Source: Asterias rubens (taxonomy: Eukaryota). Taken from it: DNA of 64,000 nt. The notes under the pieces were generated by a model. The model was not told the DNA's origin. It saw only the letters and a program-made list of their open reading frames with translations, and ran no database searches. The position numbers were made by a program, and so were the translations under genes. Location of the stretch: positions 1,984,001-2,048,000 of the forward strand of contig NC_047082.1 of assembly GCF_902459465.1 (NCBI RefSeq). The letters are read 5' to 3'. Each line of letters begins with the position of its first letter. Positions within the stretch are counted from its first letter, which is position 1. Shown piece by piece: positions 61,059 to 64,000 of this stretch.

Positions 61059-61827
61059 CAAGACCACACTAACGCCCCACTGAGGTAAATGAAGGCCTTT
61101 CATTGGCTGAGAGTAGTGCGCGGAGCGTACAAGCGTGCACGTTTCCATTGTTTGATCTCAGCGATTGGCAGCCAATACGCCTCTCTTAATATCTATGCAT
61201 GACGTCATAATTCTTAAGAAAGGCGTATGCGAGAGGTCTAGTTTTGCAATCATTGCGTTACAAAGCTTTCGCTGCTGCCGACTACAAAGCTGGCATTAAA
61301 ACGTTTGTGTTAAAAAAAAAATCTTTTAGAAGCCCTTCTTATCTGGAAGACCCTTTTAGTCTCAAGGGGAAAAAAACCGCAAGTGACGTCATGTATAAGG
61401 GTGTAGAACAAATTAGGCGTTTTCCTTCAGAGGATGTTGAATAGGCCTAACTTATGTTGGTTTGTGCATAATTAGTTGGACAATTTGAATCATAATCTTA
61501 TTTTAGTGACGTGAACATAATTTCAAATGATCAAACTTTTGCCCATCTTTACCTTGAATGGTTTCACCCGGTTGTCACCACTGCAACATCCCATAATGGT
61601 TTCTTGTCTCTAGGCACGTGACATTATTGTGCTGGACCTAATGACAAATGAAAATACATAGTACGCTCAGAAATGGTCAACAATGCTATTGATGATAAGG
61701 GCAATTTGAACACGCATCGTTTGCTGCAGTTCTCATCAACGAGGTTAAAAAAACACAACCAGACTGTAAGAGCACCACGTCACTTTAACCAACCAGACAG
61801 GAGCGTCCCCACCCTGCTGCCTTGGAC

Positions 61828-61915
61828 AATGTCATTATGTATCTTTAGCCCGAGAGGTAGGAGTGCCTACACCCTTCATCAGAAAATGTCACTATGTCTA
61901 TTTAGCCCAAGAGGT
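61828..61915. repeat. Diverged 31-bp direct repeat with 57-bp period
   Basis: aatgtcattatgtatctttagcccgagaggt / aatgtcactatgtctatttagcccaagaggt. Confidence 0.7.
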
Positions 61916-62519
61916 TCCCCCACCGTGGCTCAGACTGTGTCACTACGCCCTGCTATGGCCACCACGTTCTGCCAATTTGATGCCATCAATGAACGTGAAT
62001 TTCGGAAGTAACATCTATGATACTATAATAATTACTATAGATCACCATCCTACTTGTAGCCACGTTGGAAGCTTGTTGCCTGTTTTGCAAAATGTGTTTG
62101 TCTGATATAACACATTGTACTTTTTTTTGCATTTATCGACTGCTTGGTTCAACCTGCTGATGTTTTATTACATAGTGTCTGTGGACAATAAAAACACCTG
62201 CTAGATTCTTATTAATAATAGTGAAGGGGTTATTACTTATTAGGAGTAATCAAACAAGTGACATTTACTGAAACTCTTACTTTAAGATATAAACTAATTT
62301 ATTGCAAAGCTTCCATTTTGGGGAGAGAGTAACTTTGGCCTAAATTTAAGCAAAACATTAAGTCAATCACCAGACATTATCCATGTTCCAGAGGACAAAA
62401 AACCAAACACTTTCGATCTTGGCTGTGCTCCGTGGTCATAATGGGTTGACGTTGTAGCCGCGTCCTTCGCAATTTTGCTTTAGCTGCGAGTAAGGACGAT
62501 TAGCCCCCCCCCCCCAAAG

Positions 62520-62973
62520 TATTATTACTGCGTATGAAATAATGTCCGCCGGACGGTTTTGCATATGCAATCGTTTCCGCCCGGACGCTGCATAATGCAA
62601 TTGTGTCCGCCCGGACACATCTGCATATGCAGTTGTGTCCGCCCCGTGCAAAGCCGTCCATGCAGTAAATTAAACGCCCTTGGTCGACGGAACACGTTCG
62701 CCATTTTTTAAAAAGCTACAAATAAGTGCATGTCATGAATAACATGTGAAATGTTCGGCCGTTGGGTATTCGCTGCAATCGTTAAATACGCGAATATTCA
62801 TGCTGCATATCTACTGGTCCAGTGCATGCACGCTCGCTTACGCACGCACATACATGTACACATTCATGTACATGTCAGCCGGACGGTTTTCGCATAGCCC
62901 CGGACACGATTGCATATGCAAAAGTGTCCGGAGCGGACAGTATTGCATGGCGGACACAATTGCATCTGACACC
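62520..62973 (+). mobile_element. Same ~450-bp TIR element, copy B (5' end truncated)
   Basis: Shared blocks such as ggccgttgggtattcgctgcaatcgttaaatacgcgaatattcatgctgcat. Ends ggacacaattgcatctgacacc. Confidence 0.82.
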
Positions 62974-63693
62974 GGCCACAACAACGCAAACTTAATGCCA
63001 ATTTTTTTGGGGGCGTACAGTCTATGTTGGGCCCAGACCACAAGTAAAAGCAGTATGAAGTCCTCTTTAAGTTTACGGTTCCCAACTCCCCGTGGCGAAG
63101 CCGTGCATTATTATTTTCTTATGTTGTAGGTGGGGCGGGGGTCAAGCGGAGGCTATACTTTAATATATCGAACCCCATGGGCGGGGGGGGGGGGTGGTTG
63201 CAAGAGGGCACAGGTTTACTCCTACCTAATAACTCTTCTTTCTACGAGTCCAACATTTGACACATGGTTTATGGCAACTTTGTTATTTCATTACAGTCAC
63301 CTTTTCCCCCCTGTGGATCGCGAGTTGTAATATCTTTCTGAAGTGGCTACTGGGCTTACCCGTGTCGTTGTTAAAGAGGGCACATACGCAGAAATTGTAG
63401 GTTGGTTAGTATAGTGCCGTGTTACATGAATAGATAGGCTTGTATAGGCTTTAAAATCTAGTGGCGTAACATGAAGGGGCGTGACAGCCCCCCCCCCCCC
63501 GCTCAGAACCCTTTCACCAACATGAGGTTAACCAAAATAATTACAACATATTTGCGCAAAACTTAATGGAATAGTTCGATACGCAAAATAACTCTCGAGG
63601 TGAGTACTTTTGGTATGCTTTTACCGCCACTGTGGACTCTAAATAAACCACACAAATTGCGTTGTTCTGAGACAAAAAGGGATGAAAACTCAC

Positions 63694-63850
63694 CTGAAGT
63701 CTTCAGTGCGTGTAACATTAAGCCTACAGCTCAATACAGCGCACTATGAACTCCAATCTCCAAGCTAGCTGTCTCAAAAGAGTAGAGCTAGCTGGAGATC
63801 TTCATGTCCGCGTGTTGTGTGAGCGTACATTTTCCCCGTAACTAGGTGGT
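63694..63850 (-). other. Candidate non-coding upstream first exon of SLC44A1
   Basis: Consensus donor CAG|GTGAGT at 63694/63693, downstream of a CpG-rich segment (gcgcgcgc ~63850). No in-frame ORF joins the coding exons. Confidence 0.4.
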
Positions 63851-64000
63851 GCGCGCGCGTTCGGTTATGGTAACAGTAACGACAACCTTGTTGTCATAGA
63901 ATATCTGCATGCATTTAAAGTACAGTTCTCTATCAAGGGAAACGAAATACAACAACGAGAGAATTGGGTTCAATCTCTTGCCAATAATTCCCTTGTGACG

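Noticed and set aside
56319-63129. Pair of similar ORFs (56319-56552 -, 62746-63129 +)
   Set aside because: Both derive from two copies of the same non-coding MITE and have no transposase motifs.

Overview
AT-rich, intron-containing animal DNA, most consistent with an invertebrate deuterostome and probably a sea star (inferred from gene content and repeat families, not proven). Seven protein-coding genes were reconstructed by hand with canonical GT-AG splice sites and consistent phases. They are a 5-exon R-spondin (+, 9475-16062), the 2-exon vesicular GABA/glycine transporter VGAT/SLC32A1 (+, 20559-30914), an intronless bacterial-type PI-PLC X-domain gene (-, 32696-33529), a 6-exon SLC16/MCT-like transporter (+, 36903-40604), a TMEM179-family tetraspan (-, 43846-47771, possibly extended to 48923), an RD3-domain gene head-to-head with it (+, 49551-50498), and a 17-exon choline transporter-like SLC44A1/CTL1 (-, 51673-60739). 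Introns and intergenic DNA hold an internally deleted Tc1 transposon, several MITE families, tRNA-derived elements, tandem duplications and a 208-N assembly gap. No prokaryotic system or CRISPR array is present. The most notable observations are: (1) a 63-bp x5 VNTR that copies an SLC44A1 splice acceptor, creating four decoy acceptors that lead to premature stops; (2) an R-spondin with the RSPO2/3-type ZNRF3-binding Met finger but a degenerate LGR-binding Phe clamp; (3) the bacterial-type PI-PLC with a substituted active site; (4) the TMEM179/RD3 bidirectional pair; (5) a dense CRE cluster at the SLC44A1 promoter.
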